From positions 1 to 44,110 of the forward strand of contig DBNX01000017.1 of assembly GCA_002299465.1 (NCBI GenBank): DNA of 44,110 nt, in the 5' to 3' direction. The notes below the pieces were generated by a model. That model ran no database searches and was not told where the DNA came from. It saw nothing but the letters and a program-made list of their open reading frames with translations. The position numbers and the translations under genes are program-made. Shown one piece after another: positions 43,705 to 44,110 of the stretch (positions are counted from its first letter, which is position 1; each line of letters opens with the position of its first letter). Source of the DNA: Patescibacteria group bacterium UBA661 (lineage in GTDB: Bacteria; Patescibacteriota; Minisyncoccia; Phycocordibacterales; UBA918).

Positions 43705-44031
43705 TTAGGCTGCTTTCTTGCGTAGCAAACTACAATCAAAAGAACACCTGATACCCAAAAGATTTTCGAAGGTGTTTTGCATAAAGAATAGTATGTGGTG
43801 TTCTTGATATTCTTCAGCGTAAATACCACACTGTAACCAAAAATGGACTCTTGGCTCTGGCCCGTCGGTAACCTGAAAATCTACCTCCCTGATTTTTAGA
43901 TCATCACGCTGCCTTAGCAACTGTTGTGCCAACAACAGTTGCTTGCGCGACGCCGTCGTCAACAACTGCACGTCCGCTCGCAGTGACCCCAGCGTCGTGC
44001 GCGAACAAACTATGGTGTTACTCTTCTCCAT
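43705..44031 (-). CDS. Hypothetical protein (108 aa)
   Basis: The start is set at MEKSNT because AGGAG lies 5 nt upstream of that ATG. I recognise no family. Confidence 0.45.
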   Translation of the reverse strand: MEKSNTIVCSRTTLGSLRADVQLLTTASRKQLLLAQQLLRQRDDLKIREVDFQVTDGPEPRVHFWLQCGIYAEEYQEHHILFFMQNTFENLLGIRCSFDCSLLRKKAA

Positions 44032-44110
44032 TTGGACTCCTGGGTAGTTGAGGCCGGTCAAACCGCCGGCATCAATAGTATTAACGCAAGGCACTAGAGT
44101 AGCAAATCTT

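Overview
This is a gene-dense window of about 45 protein genes with moderate GC by eye. It looks like a reduced-genome bacterium using the standard code; TGA is a real stop, for example at the end of mutM (6014-6016). The compact proteins (rpoB 1074 aa, 81-aa ATP synthase epsilon, 127-aa delta) and near absence of Shine-Dalgarno sites suggest a Patescibacteria/CPR (Saccharibacteria-like) origin, but that is inference only.

Content, left to right:
- An ORF-free, hairpin-rich leader (1-260).
- An orphan CheY-like receiver gene and a GRDP/DUF1399-like gene.
- An MFS transporter, then an HxlR regulator divergent from a nitroreductase and a DUF305 gene.
- Base-excision repair genes mutM and ung.
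- A divergent flavin module: an RnfD/NqrB-like membrane domain fused to an FNR-like reductase, facing an FMN_bind-like protein and ApbE.
- A complete F1Fo ATP synthase operon (atpBEFHAGD-orf109-atpC) with an extra ORF between atpD and atpC.
- rpmG, class I aldolase, prmC, two small membrane proteins, hisS, an RNase H-like exonuclease, uppP and a DsbA-like protein.
- A UvrD-type helicase fused to a RecB-type nuclease, an NhaD-type antiporter and a Nudix hydrolase.
- A long co-directional information-processing block: rpsP, KH protein, trmD, rpoB, rpoC, dnaG, rpoD.
- rnr and a hypothetical gene at the right edge.

I found no rRNA, tRNA, CRISPR array, transposase or integrase.

Main leads:
1. The minimal Nqr/Rnf-like flavinylation module.
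2. The unknown 109-aa ORF wedged into the atp operon beside an epsilon subunit that lacks its regulatory C-terminal domain.
3. A pervasive leaderless-mRNA architecture with extended -10 (TGn) promoters. Only four accessory or hypothetical genes carry a strong Shine-Dalgarno site.
4. A DnaG primase whose zinc-finger ligands are mostly substituted.
5. Several unusually long perfect palindromes, one preceded by a strong orphan promoter (candidate small RNA).
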